A stretch of DNA of 24,533 nt from a virus (lineage: Duplodnaviria; Caudoviricetes). Shown here one piece after another: positions 7,988 to 15,966 of the stretch. The position numbers were made by a program, and so were the translations under genes. The notes under the pieces are model-generated. The model had not been told where the DNA came from. It ran no database searches and saw only the letters and a list, made by a program, of their open reading frames with translations. The stretch spans positions 1 to 24,533 of the IMG/VR virus record IMGVR_UViG_3300027813_000087. One strand, 5' to 3'. Within the stretch, counting starts at the first letter, position 1; each line of letters begins with the position of its first letter.

Positions 7988-8968
7988 TTAGTAACCTATT
8001 TGCACTAAAGAATCGTGTAAAAATTGGAATCCTAATTTGAAGTATGCACGAACGTAAACTTTTTCCGTTAAATCGTCATAAAACATTTTCATTTCGCCCT
8101 CCGGATCGTTTGTGTCCGTTCCAACTGCAAGATTTTGTTTTGCAACGTATGCCGCACGAACGTCGTCCGTCAATGTTAATTGCGTCGCCGCAACGTCCCA
8201 AATATACATTGGAATTACCTCGATTCCTCTAAAGTATAATTTCATTGATCCGTCAACTAATTGTGAAAATCCTTCTGCATTTCCTAAATTTTCAAGTGAC
8301 GTCATATAATCGTCATAAATTAATCTTGACACGTAATATGCTTTGTCATTTGTTGCAACTCCTTGTAATGCACTTGGTGCGGCTGCATACATTGCACGTA
8401 AAGCAATAAGGCCGTCACCCGTAGTAAATGCACCGGAATTTGCGATTGCCGTTTTTCTTGCATTAATAACCGTGTCCGCAATAAATAGTTTCCACCACCC
8501 GTCCGTTGAATCGTAACAACTATTATTCGAACCCGTAATTGCCGTATCACCGAACCACGCTAACCTAACAACGTCTTCCGCAATTCCGTTTCTTACATTT
8601 TGTAAAATTGTGTCCATTAACGCCGTTCCTTCTAAATTCATAACGTTAACGCCATTTCTAAATGATTCTTCAAGATACGTCCCAAAAAATGCGTCTTGAC
8701 ATTGTGAAACCGCAACTCTCATTCTTCCCGCCGTAATTACTTTGTCATTCACGTTGAATTCACCACTTTCAGCGCCACCGCACGTTGTGTATTTCTTAAC
8801 GATACACGATAATGCGTCCGCCGTGTAAAGATTCATTTTGAATTTTACGTTTGGAATAACTCTAAATTGCATTAAATCCGAATCCCTAAAGATTGGTTCT
8901 AAAAACAATTCGTTAAAATTCGCGCCACTATAAGTTGCCGCGATATTGTCTAATGCTACATTTGCCAT
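7988..8968 (-). CDS. Major capsid protein (HK97-fold likely)
   Basis: 326 aa directly after the protease; AWFGDT, DGWWK and C-terminal KVYVRAYFKLGFQF capsid-like features. Confidence 0.8.
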   Translation of the reverse strand: MANVALDNIAATYSGANFNELFLEPIFRDSDLMQFRVIPNVKFKMNLYTADALSCIVKKYTTCGGAESGEFNVNDKVITAGRMRVAVSQCQDAFFGTYLEESFRNGVNVMNLEGTALMDTILQNVRNGIAEDVVRLAWFGDTAITGSNNSCYDSTDGWWKLFIADTVINARKTAIANSGAFTTGDGLIALRAMYAAAPSALQGVATNDKAYYVSRLIYDDYMTSLENLGNAEGFSQLVDGSMKLYFRGIEVIPMYIWDVAATQLTLTDDVRAAYVAKQNLAVGTDTNDPEGEMKMFYDDLTEKVYVRAYFKLGFQFLHDSLVQIGY

Positions 8969-9006
8969 AATTTTATTTTTTTATGATTATTTATTAATTA
9001 TTATTG

Positions 9007-10083
9007 TTATGCCTTTCTTTTTAACGTCGAAACCATTGCATTGAAAAATGCCGCGTTTGGATCAACAACTGAATTGTCAATAACGCTTGGATCTGAATTT
9101 GGTGTAACGTCCGTTTTTCCCGCTTTCAATTTAGAAATTTCAATTGATTTATTTTCAATTGTTTTGTTTGCAACCTCTAATTCTTTTGCTTTGTTTTCCG
9201 CGTCTTCAATAGCGCTTTCTTTTTCACCTTCTGCCATTCCCATTTTTTCTTCAATGTCGTGAATCGCGTTTTCTAGGTTGTCAACTCTTGATTTTAATTC
9301 TTCATAAGTTAACGCCCAATCCGCGTCCTCTGCCGGTGTGCCTTCTTCGTGTCCTTCTTCGTGTTCGTTCTTAACACCCAACATTGACTTGATTTTTCCA
9401 AGTAAACTTGCGTCGTTTGAAATTTCTTTTATTTCAACAACTTCTTTTGTTTCTTTTGCCATAACAATTTGTTTTGATTTATTAATAATAGTGTTTATTT
9501 TTTCGCTTGTAATATTTTGAAACTTCGAAACGTCATAATTGTTTTCGATTTTTAATGGTTGTGTGATTCCATTAATTAAACCCAATTCCATTGTTTCTTC
9601 GGAATTAAACCAAGTTTCAACATTCATTAAATTAATATAATGATCCGAAGTTTGATTTGATTTTGACGCGTAAATTTCGGCAATTTCATTTCTGATTTTA
9701 TCTAAAATGTTTGCCGTTTTTCTTAATTCGTTTGCGTCACCGCCCGCACTCGCAAATGGATTGTGAATCATAAATAAAGAATTTTCCGCCATTTCTATTT
9801 TGTCACCCGCCATTGCAATAACTGACGCAATCGACGCCGCGATTCCCTCAACTTTCGTTGTTACTTTTTTCGAATGATTTTTTAATGCGTTGTAAATTGC
9901 CAATCCGTCAAAAACCGAACCACCTAATGAATTAATGTGGACGTCAATGTTTTTGTCTTTGATTGTTTTTAATTCGTCAATAAATGTTTTTGCGTTCACG
10001 TCGTGTCCGCCAACTTCCGAATATATATAAACGTCGGCGGTTTCTGATTCCGCGTTGTTTTGTATTTCAAACCAATTTTTCAT
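9007..10083 (-). CDS. ClpP-type (S14) prohead maturation protease with acidic coiled-coil scaffold tail
   Basis: INSLGGSVFDGLAIYN, GIAASIASVIAMAGD (catalytic Ser), MIHNP (His) and ETWF motifs. About 150 Glu/Lys-rich C-terminal residues. Confidence 0.92.
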   Translation of the reverse strand: MKNWFEIQNNAESETADVYIYSEVGGHDVNAKTFIDELKTIKDKNIDVHINSLGGSVFDGLAIYNALKNHSKKVTTKVEGIAASIASVIAMAGDKIEMAENSLFMIHNPFASAGGDANELRKTANILDKIRNEIAEIYASKSNQTSDHYINLMNVETWFNSEETMELGLINGITQPLKIENNYDVSKFQNITSEKINTIINKSKQIVMAKETKEVVEIKEISNDASLLGKIKSMLGVKNEHEEGHEEGTPAEDADWALTYEELKSRVDNLENAIHDIEEKMGMAEGEKESAIEDAENKAKELEVANKTIENKSIEISKLKAGKTDVTPNSDPSVIDNSVVDPNAAFFNAMVSTLKRKA

Positions 10084-10088
10084 TGCGA

Positions 10089-10096
10089 CAAAAATA
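10089..10096 (-). promoter_or_regulatory. -7 promoter element TATTTTTG, 5 nt before the protease ATG
   Basis: TAnnTTTG match downstream of a terminator, where transcription would need to restart. Confidence 0.55.
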
Positions 10097-10133
10097 AAAG
10101 TGTTGAATCTTTATTTTACGAAAATATTGGAAT

Positions 10134-10161
10134 AAAAAAAACACGGGTTGTTTGCCCGTGT
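10134..10161 (-). terminator. Rho-independent terminator closing the two-gene island
   Basis: Minus strand ACACGGG-caaacaa-CCCGTGT followed by T7. Confidence 0.85.
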
Positions 10162-10183
10162 CTTTTAAAATATGTTTTAATGT

Positions 10184-10354
10184 TTATTGATAAATTGTTT
10201 CCGCCATTGCATTAATGATTTTTGACGGATAAACCTTGTCTTTTGCGGCGTCAAAATGTAAACGTCCAATTCTATTTTCAAAGTTTAATTTTTTTAATTG
10301 TTCGGTTAAAAATTTTGAAATCAATTTTTGTTGTGCGTGTGTTAAATTTTCCAT
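10184..10354 (-). CDS. Hypothetical protein (56 aa, MENLTHAQQKLISKFLTEQLKKLNFENRIGRLHFDAAKDKVYPSKIINAMAETIYQ)
   Basis: Translated by hand; ACC-A8-CCAA leader immediately before the ATG. Confidence 0.75.
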   Translation of the reverse strand: MENLTHAQQKLISKFLTEQLKKLNFENRIGRLHFDAAKDKVYPSKIINAMAETIYQ

Positions 10355-10378
10355 TTGGTTTTTTTTGGTATTAATTAA

Positions 10379-10412
10379 GGCGGGACAAAACGTCCCGCCC
10401 GTGTCTTTTAAA
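10379..10412 (-). repeat. Intergenic GC hairpin and 16-bp direct repeat
   Basis: GGCGGGAC-aaaac-GTCCCGCC at 10379-10399. gcccgtgtcttttaaa occurs at 10397-10412 and 10154-10169. Confidence 0.85.
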
Positions 10413-10416
10413 TTAT

Positions 10417-10815
10417 TTATTTTGTTTCTGATACGTGTTCTAATAATAGAACCATTGCGCTTAATTCTTTTTTTAAAATTTGTAATTCTTCTGAAATTTC
10501 TTTTATTAAATTTTTTCTTTGATCTTCATTATTATTTTCATCTATTTGGTTAAATGTTTTTCTTAATCTATTTTTGCAAAATAAGATTGAAAATTCTAAT
10601 GTTTCTGAATCCATTTCTTCCATTTGATTCATTGTAATTGAATGTTGAACACTTCCCGTTGCTAATTGAACTTTTTGTCCCATTAACGCTTTTTTTAATT
10701 GCCAAAATTCAAACGTTCCAAATTCAAATTCAATCCAATTTTGATTTTCTAATTTTAATGATAATTCTTCTAATCTTTTGTTGTGAAATGCTGATGTTAA
10801 GTTAGTTAGTGACAT
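10417..10815 (-). CDS. Hypothetical protein (132 aa, AT-rich gene, helical C-terminus)
   Basis: ORF track; first gene after cassette promoter B. Confidence 0.8.
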   Translation of the reverse strand: MSLTNLTSAFHNKRLEELSLKLENQNWIEFEFGTFEFWQLKKALMGQKVQLATGSVQHSITMNQMEEMDSETLEFSILFCKNRLRKTFNQIDENNNEDQRKNLIKEISEELQILKKELSAMVLLLEHVSETK

Positions 10816-10819
10816 TTTG

Positions 10820-10912
10820 TTGGTTTTTTTTGGTTTGTAATAAAGGTTTGTCCCTTATTTCTGATGTAAAGATACATTAAATGTTTGTTTGACAATGGAA
10901 AAATCAAACTTT
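10820..10912 (-). promoter_or_regulatory. Cassette promoter B: TTG-N18-TATCTTTA, 5' stem-loop and ACC-A8-CCAA leader
   Basis: 18-bp identity to 1664-1681; aaatcaaacttt at 10901-10912 equals 1688-1699. Stem AATAAGGG/CCTTTATT at 10839-10859; leader at 10820-10835. Confidence 0.75.
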
Positions 10913-10953
10913 CTTTTACTTTTTTAAACTTTTTTTGCTTTTAACCTAGTGAA

Positions 10954-11337
10954 TTAACGATATAAAGCCCGATTTATATTGGCTTTTTTGCGTTTTTCTT
11001 TGATTTTTAACTTATAATCACCCAAAATTGTTTCGTTTTTGGTGAATTTTGGCCGGTATTTATAGACAATTCCTTGTATTTGTCTGTCTGATAAGTCATA
11101 TTTAATGGATAAATCCATAAAAGTATGTGTTACGTGGCCGTTGTTTTGTCTTAATATAGTGTCGAAATCGCAAATGATTAAATAATTTCGAACACGTGTT
11201 GGTTCGCATAAACCTTTTTCGACTAAATGATAAACAACGTCTTTTGGTGTTGCGTGTTCACCGAAACGCGTTTGCACTTCGTCCCAAATAATATCGATAA
11301 AATCGATAACAAATTTTATTTTGTTTGGTTTTGCCAT
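10954..11337 (-). CDS. Putative HTH DNA-binding protein (Mor/C activator-like C-terminus)
   Basis: RNYLIICDF...TFMDLSIKYDLSDRQIQGIVYK resembles the Mor-family HTH; basic tail. Confidence 0.5.
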   Translation of the reverse strand: MAKPNKIKFVIDFIDIIWDEVQTRFGEHATPKDVVYHLVEKGLCEPTRVRNYLIICDFDTILRQNNGHVTHTFMDLSIKYDLSDRQIQGIVYKYRPKFTKNETILGDYKLKIKEKRKKANINRALYR

Positions 11338-11624
11338 TTTTTATAAATAGTAAACATATATTCAACCATTTTTTTTGCACAACCACCGCAACCAAAAATG
11401 TTGTCACGAACGTTTGGATCAATATATTTCCTAAAATAAACTAATAATTCCAATCCTTGTTTTTGTGGAATTTTCCATTGTCCGCGTGCGTCTTTATTTT
11501 TAATAAATTGAACCATTAAATTTTCAACCGCTTGACGATCTATTGAATCGAATTTTGCCGCGTTTTCGTCGTCTTTGTTTTCCATAACGTCAAAAATAGT
11601 TTTTTTATATATTGGAATAGGCAT
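11316..11624 (-). CDS. Hypothetical protein with CxxC (CGGC)
   Basis: ORF track; FGCGGCAKKM. The start may be the internal MENK. Confidence 0.7.
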   Translation of the reverse strand: MPIPIYKKTIFDVMENKDDENAAKFDSIDRQAVENLMVQFIKNKDARGQWKIPQKQGLELLVYFRKYIDPNVRDNIFGCGGCAKKMVEYMFTIYKKWQNQTK

Positions 11625-11659
11625 AAATGCAATTTTTTTTTAACAATCTAATGTTAGTT

Positions 11660-11845
11660 TTACCATTTGCCCAACGGACACTTGCCGTCGAATTCTTTTG
11701 TGACACTTGTTTTTGCTTTCAACAAACACTTGCAAAGTGAACACGAATCATAATTAAACAATCCTAAAAATTTATTGGAACGCTTATCGCATTTTTTACA
11801 AATTGCTAATCGTTTTTTTTGTGTTGCCTTATCTACTATAAACAT
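11660..11845 (-). CDS. Small Cys-rich metal-binding protein (CxxC...CxxCxC...CPxxKW)
   Basis: RLAICKKC...CSLCKCLLKAK...CPLGKW; six Cys in 61 aa. Confidence 0.75.
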   Translation of the reverse strand: MFIVDKATQKKRLAICKKCDKRSNKFLGLFNYDSCSLCKCLLKAKTSVTKEFDGKCPLGKW

Positions 11846-11856
11846 ATTTTTATTTT

Positions 11857-14800
11857 TTAAAATGAAACCCGTGATTGAATTGTTTTAACCGAATTTTGCG
11901 ATTGCGTAACGTTTGCTTCTACCAACAACACTTGTTGGTTGTTTAATTGATCAACTAACGATTCCGCAATAATACTTTCGTCTTGCATTGAATCCGTGTC
12001 AAAAGTCATTCCGCCGTCTGCAAACACCATTCCGCCGTCTGCAAACTTTTTTCCGCCACCGGCAACATTCATTTTTGACAACATAGGTTTAAACATTGCC
12101 GTTGAACGTTTATTTATTACGGCTTCGCCACCTTCTAATTCCGCAACACGTCCGCCCACTTTGAATTTTTCACCGCCGTTTGCGTGTGATTTTCCAACAA
12201 CCATTCCGCCGTCTGCAAAAAACGAATCGTCCATTATACCACCCAACGCGGCCGTTGGAACGGGTTGTGAATTTATTGTTGAAATTTGCATTGCGGTTGT
12301 TGCAATTGTTGCGGCAATTAAAACCCCTTTTATTATTGCGTCGGCAATTACATTTCCGGTTGCCGAACCTTTTAAAATATTCATTATCGCGGTTGCGCCA
12401 CCAATAACGGCTTGGGCTTTTTGAAACTTTTTATCCTTTTCAAATTGTGCAATTTTTAAAATTAACATTTCGTCGTCGTGCTTTTTTTCAATCGCTTCAA
12501 TTTTCGTTGTTCGTTCTTCGTCGGTGTCGATTTGATATTGCGCGCTTTCTTCGTATGTCTTAACTTCTAAGTCACTTGCTTTTTGAATAACACCAATTTT
12601 GTTGTCCGTTTCTTGTTTTGATTTTTCGTTAAAAGAAGACATTACGTCGCTAACCGCACCCAATCCAATTTGAATTGAGGTTAACGCGTCGCCCATTGTA
12701 AACGCGCCGCCGTCTTCGTTCGTTCCAAATAATGTTTTATCTAACCAACTTCCGCCGCCGTCTTCGTCGTCATTTTCCAATTGTTCTTTGAATCCGTCAA
12801 TTTCACCTTTTAACCTTCTTAAATTTGCAATTTGTGCTTCGGTTGTAATGTCGGACGCTTCGGCCGTTCTAATCGCTAGATCCAATTCGGTTTGTGCAAT
12901 CTTTAATGCCAAACGTATTCGTTCGTTTGCTACGTCCGCGCCGGCCGTTTCCAATTCTTGTAAAACACCTAATTGTCGTTTATCTAAATCAATATTTTTT
13001 TGTGATTCAACGGCCAATTTTTTTAATGAATTAATATATTCGTTTGATTCAAAATTAATTATTTCATATTGTTTTGCCAATTCGTCGTCAACAACTTTTA
13101 AATCTCCTTTTGCTTTTATAACCAACCCCGTGGCAATCTTAACTTTTTTCGCCGTGCCTTCTTCAATTTCTGCAATCCTTTTGTTTCTGTCTTCAACTGA
13201 CATTGCTTTTGCTTCTTCTGAATTAATAAAAATTCGTGCTTGGTTTGCGCCTTCCGTAACTGATTTTTTTAAAACGGCTTCATAAATAGTAACTTCGCCC
13301 GCTAATAATTGATATGCGGTTTTTGCTTTTGTTGTGGACTTGCTTCCTTTTATTGTAACTTTAATTAATTTTGACAATGCCTTTTCCCTTGCGTTGTAAA
13401 TTGAATTAACTTGTTTTTCTATAACTTCGGATTCTGCAATTAATATATTGTCTTCTTGTGATGTTTCGTAATTATCTTGTAAAACATTTCCGATTTGTCT
13501 TCTTAATTTTAAAATATTTTCCGCACTTGCTGCTTCGGAAACCGCCAAATCTTCGTTTGCGGTTTTTTTGTCTTCAATTGTTTTTAATTCATTTTCCTTT
13601 AACATATTATCCAAAGATATTAATGCGGCCGCATCTTGGATTTGCAATTGATTTGCATACGTTATTTCAACATTGTTTTGCTTACGTTCTGCCATTGCTT
13701 GGGCTTGCTCTTTTGCACCCGCAATAATTACGTTGTTAAATTCACGGGCGTCACTTACTGCGCGTTCATTTTGTTTTCCCAATTTTAATCCGTCTTCTAA
13801 TAATTGATCCGAACTCCTAATGCCTGCGTTTTTTCTTTCTTGTTCCAACAACGCTAATTCTTTAGAAATCGCTTCATTACCTTTTAATTTTTCATTTTGT
13901 TTTTCGATTGATGCTTCAATTTTTTCGTCAAGTATTAATTGATCTTTTAGTAAAACATTTATTTTTTCACGTGATCCGTCTAATATTATTTTTCGTTTTA
14001 AGGCGTCAATTGTCCCTTCCATTGCGTTGTTCAATTCCGAAGTTAATCTTTTTTCGTCTTTTAATTGTATTATGTTAGAACCCGTTAATTTATTAAACGC
14101 TTTCAATGCTTCTTGCCTTTCTGATAATGTTAAATTTGTGTCACTAATTTCTTTTTTCAACAATTTTAAAGTAGAAATTTCATCTATTTGTTTATCATTA
14201 TATTTTTTTTGTATTTTTTCAAGTTTCGTCAATTCTTTAGCCGTTTCTTCTAAAGATTCCGTTGCTTTGTCTTGTTTGTCTGCTGCATCTCCCGAAGCAT
14301 CTCCCCAATCAAATAACAATGCAATTCCCGTTGTCAATAACCCAACAAACAATCCAATTGGATTCGCAAATATTGCGGCACTAAAAACACGCGTTGCCGT
14401 TGCTGCAATATAATTTCCTACGGCAACCGCCGCCAATGCTATTTTTTCCGCAATTAATGCGGTTGTCAACGCACCCGTTGCAAATGCATTTCCAATAACA
14501 ACAACCCCGTAAGCGGCCGCACCTATCGCCACCGCTTTGAAATTTGTAATCAAAAATGATAATCCGGTGAATAACAATCCAACCCCTTGAACTATTAAAT
14601 CAATTGCCGGTGCTAATGCTTCAAATAATTCAATTACAAAACCACCCGCCGCGCTTTTTGCTTCGTCCAATGAACCCTTCAATGTGTCCCGCATAACGTT
14701 CGCGAATTTTTCCGCCGTTCCCGCCGAATTTTCAAATTCTTTTGTTAATTTTTGAACGTCCGGAATTCCCGAAACTAATGTTGCAAACGCCGTTACTGAA

Positions 14801-15963
14801 CGTTTGTCCGTTAAACCTAACATTTCGTTTACGTCCGTTCCGTCTTCTGACAATTCTTTTAAAGCCGGAAGTAAAGTTTCAATCGAAGTTGCTGAACCAC
14901 CTAAACGTTGTGATAATGCGGAATTCGAATCGGCTAATTTTAAAAATATCGAACGAAGTGATGTCCCCGCCGTTGACGCTTCAATTCCGGCGTTAGTTAA
15001 TGAACCCAAAATTGCCGTTGTCCCTTCTAATGAAAAACCAAGTTGTTTCGCAATCGCACCAACTTTTGGAAATGCAACATTGAATTTTGTCAAATCTAAA
15101 GAAGTTGACGCAAAGGAAGCCGCCAAAATATCCGTAACCCTTGCCGCTTCGGACGCTTCTAATTTATAAGAATTTAAAACAACCGCAATTGTTTGTCCCG
15201 TAGTTGCCAAATCTTCGTCAAATGCAAACGCCAAATCTAAAACACTTGCCGTCATATTATCAATTTCAGTTGGATCGAAACCAAGTTTTGCCAATTCATT
15301 TTGTAATTCGGCAACTTCGCCCGCCGTGAACGCGGTTGTTGAACCTAATTTTTTTGCGGTTTCCGTTAACATTGCTAATTCTGCTTCGGTTGCGCCACTA
15401 ATAACACCAACTTGTTTCATTTGAAATTCGAAATCTACAAAAGTTGACAACACACGTTCGAATGCTTTGAACGCTATAATCACCGCGCCAATTCCCGTTG
15501 CGACACTTGTTAATGCTTGTTTGTAATTTCCGACGTTTCGTTGGTTTCGTCCCATTGACTTGTCCATTTTTTTTAATTGCGCTTCGTTGGCTTTCATTTT
15601 TGCCGTCAATTCTCCAAACGCTTTTTTGTTTTTATTTAACGGATCGGATAATTTCCGTGCTTCTTGCGATAATTTCGCGTTTGCTTTTACTAATGAATTA
15701 TAAGATTTTGAAGTGTCGCCGGCGGCTTTTGCATTTTTAACCAATTCCGTTTTTCCTTTGTTTAATTCACCGCGTAAACCCTTTAATTTTGTTTCGGCCG
15801 TTATTACTTTCGCGTTATATTGATCTTGCGTCTGTCCGGCTTTTACTCCTTCCTTTTGCAATTCCTTTAATTCCGCCGAAGTTTTATCAATTTCGGTTTT
15901 TAACTTAACCATTTGATCCGTTCCCTCAACTTTGATGTTTAATATTGTTTCTAATGTTGCCAT
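11857..15963 (-). CDS. Tail tape measure protein (TP901-type core)
   Basis: 1368 aa, Ala-rich and coiled-coil. FEFQMKQVGVISGAT, LGSTTAFTAGEVA and AGTSLRSI core motifs, hydrophobic segments, C-terminal FADGG/SHANGG domain. Confidence 0.92.
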   Translation of the reverse strand: MATLETILNIKVEGTDQMVKLKTEIDKTSAELKELQKEGVKAGQTQDQYNAKVITAETKLKGLRGELNKGKTELVKNAKAAGDTSKSYNSLVKANAKLSQEARKLSDPLNKNKKAFGELTAKMKANEAQLKKMDKSMGRNQRNVGNYKQALTSVATGIGAVIIAFKAFERVLSTFVDFEFQMKQVGVISGATEAELAMLTETAKKLGSTTAFTAGEVAELQNELAKLGFDPTEIDNMTASVLDLAFAFDEDLATTGQTIAVVLNSYKLEASEAARVTDILAASFASTSLDLTKFNVAFPKVGAIAKQLGFSLEGTTAILGSLTNAGIEASTAGTSLRSIFLKLADSNSALSQRLGGSATSIETLLPALKELSEDGTDVNEMLGLTDKRSVTAFATLVSGIPDVQKLTKEFENSAGTAEKFANVMRDTLKGSLDEAKSAAGGFVIELFEALAPAIDLIVQGVGLLFTGLSFLITNFKAVAIGAAAYGVVVIGNAFATGALTTALIAEKIALAAVAVGNYIAATATRVFSAAIFANPIGLFVGLLTTGIALLFDWGDASGDAADKQDKATESLEETAKELTKLEKIQKKYNDKQIDEISTLKLLKKEISDTNLTLSERQEALKAFNKLTGSNIIQLKDEKRLTSELNNAMEGTIDALKRKIILDGSREKINVLLKDQLILDEKIEASIEKQNEKLKGNEAISKELALLEQERKNAGIRSSDQLLEDGLKLGKQNERAVSDAREFNNVIIAGAKEQAQAMAERKQNNVEITYANQLQIQDAAALISLDNMLKENELKTIEDKKTANEDLAVSEAASAENILKLRRQIGNVLQDNYETSQEDNILIAESEVIEKQVNSIYNAREKALSKLIKVTIKGSKSTTKAKTAYQLLAGEVTIYEAVLKKSVTEGANQARIFINSEEAKAMSVEDRNKRIAEIEEGTAKKVKIATGLVIKAKGDLKVVDDELAKQYEIINFESNEYINSLKKLAVESQKNIDLDKRQLGVLQELETAGADVANERIRLALKIAQTELDLAIRTAEASDITTEAQIANLRRLKGEIDGFKEQLENDDEDGGGSWLDKTLFGTNEDGGAFTMGDALTSIQIGLGAVSDVMSSFNEKSKQETDNKIGVIQKASDLEVKTYEESAQYQIDTDEERTTKIEAIEKKHDDEMLILKIAQFEKDKKFQKAQAVIGGATAIMNILKGSATGNVIADAIIKGVLIAATIATTAMQISTINSQPVPTAALGGIMDDSFFADGGMVVGKSHANGGEKFKVGGRVAELEGGEAVINKRSTAMFKPMLSKMNVAGGGKKFADGGMVFADGGMTFDTDSMQDESIIAESLVDQLNNQQVLLVEANVTQSQNSVKTIQSRVSF
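12007..12046 (-). repeat. 21-bp-period tandem duplication encoding FADGGMV-FADGGM; third copy at 12200-12219
   Basis: cattccgccgtctgcaaa at 12007, 12028 and 12202. Confidence 0.9.
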
Positions 15964-15966
15964 AAT

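Noticed and set aside
6383-8550. Alternate-frame minus-strand ORFs 6383-6673 and 8320-8550
   Set aside because: Fully nested out of frame in the portal and capsid genes, with no start context, slippery site or protein-like features.
9338-9365. 12-bp tandem duplication encoding HEEGHEEG
   Set aside because: Short in-frame duplication in a low-complexity linker; no sign of a separate function.
9007-10083. Host clpP as an auxiliary metabolic gene
   Set aside because: Its position before the capsid gene and its scaffold-like tail mark it as the prohead protease.
10134-10412. CRISPR mini-array or integron attC interpretation of the repeats
   Set aside because: Only two exact 16-bp copies 243 bp apart, enclosing an ORF. 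No regular spacers, no attC RYYYAAC/GTTRRRY ends, and no cas or integrase genes.
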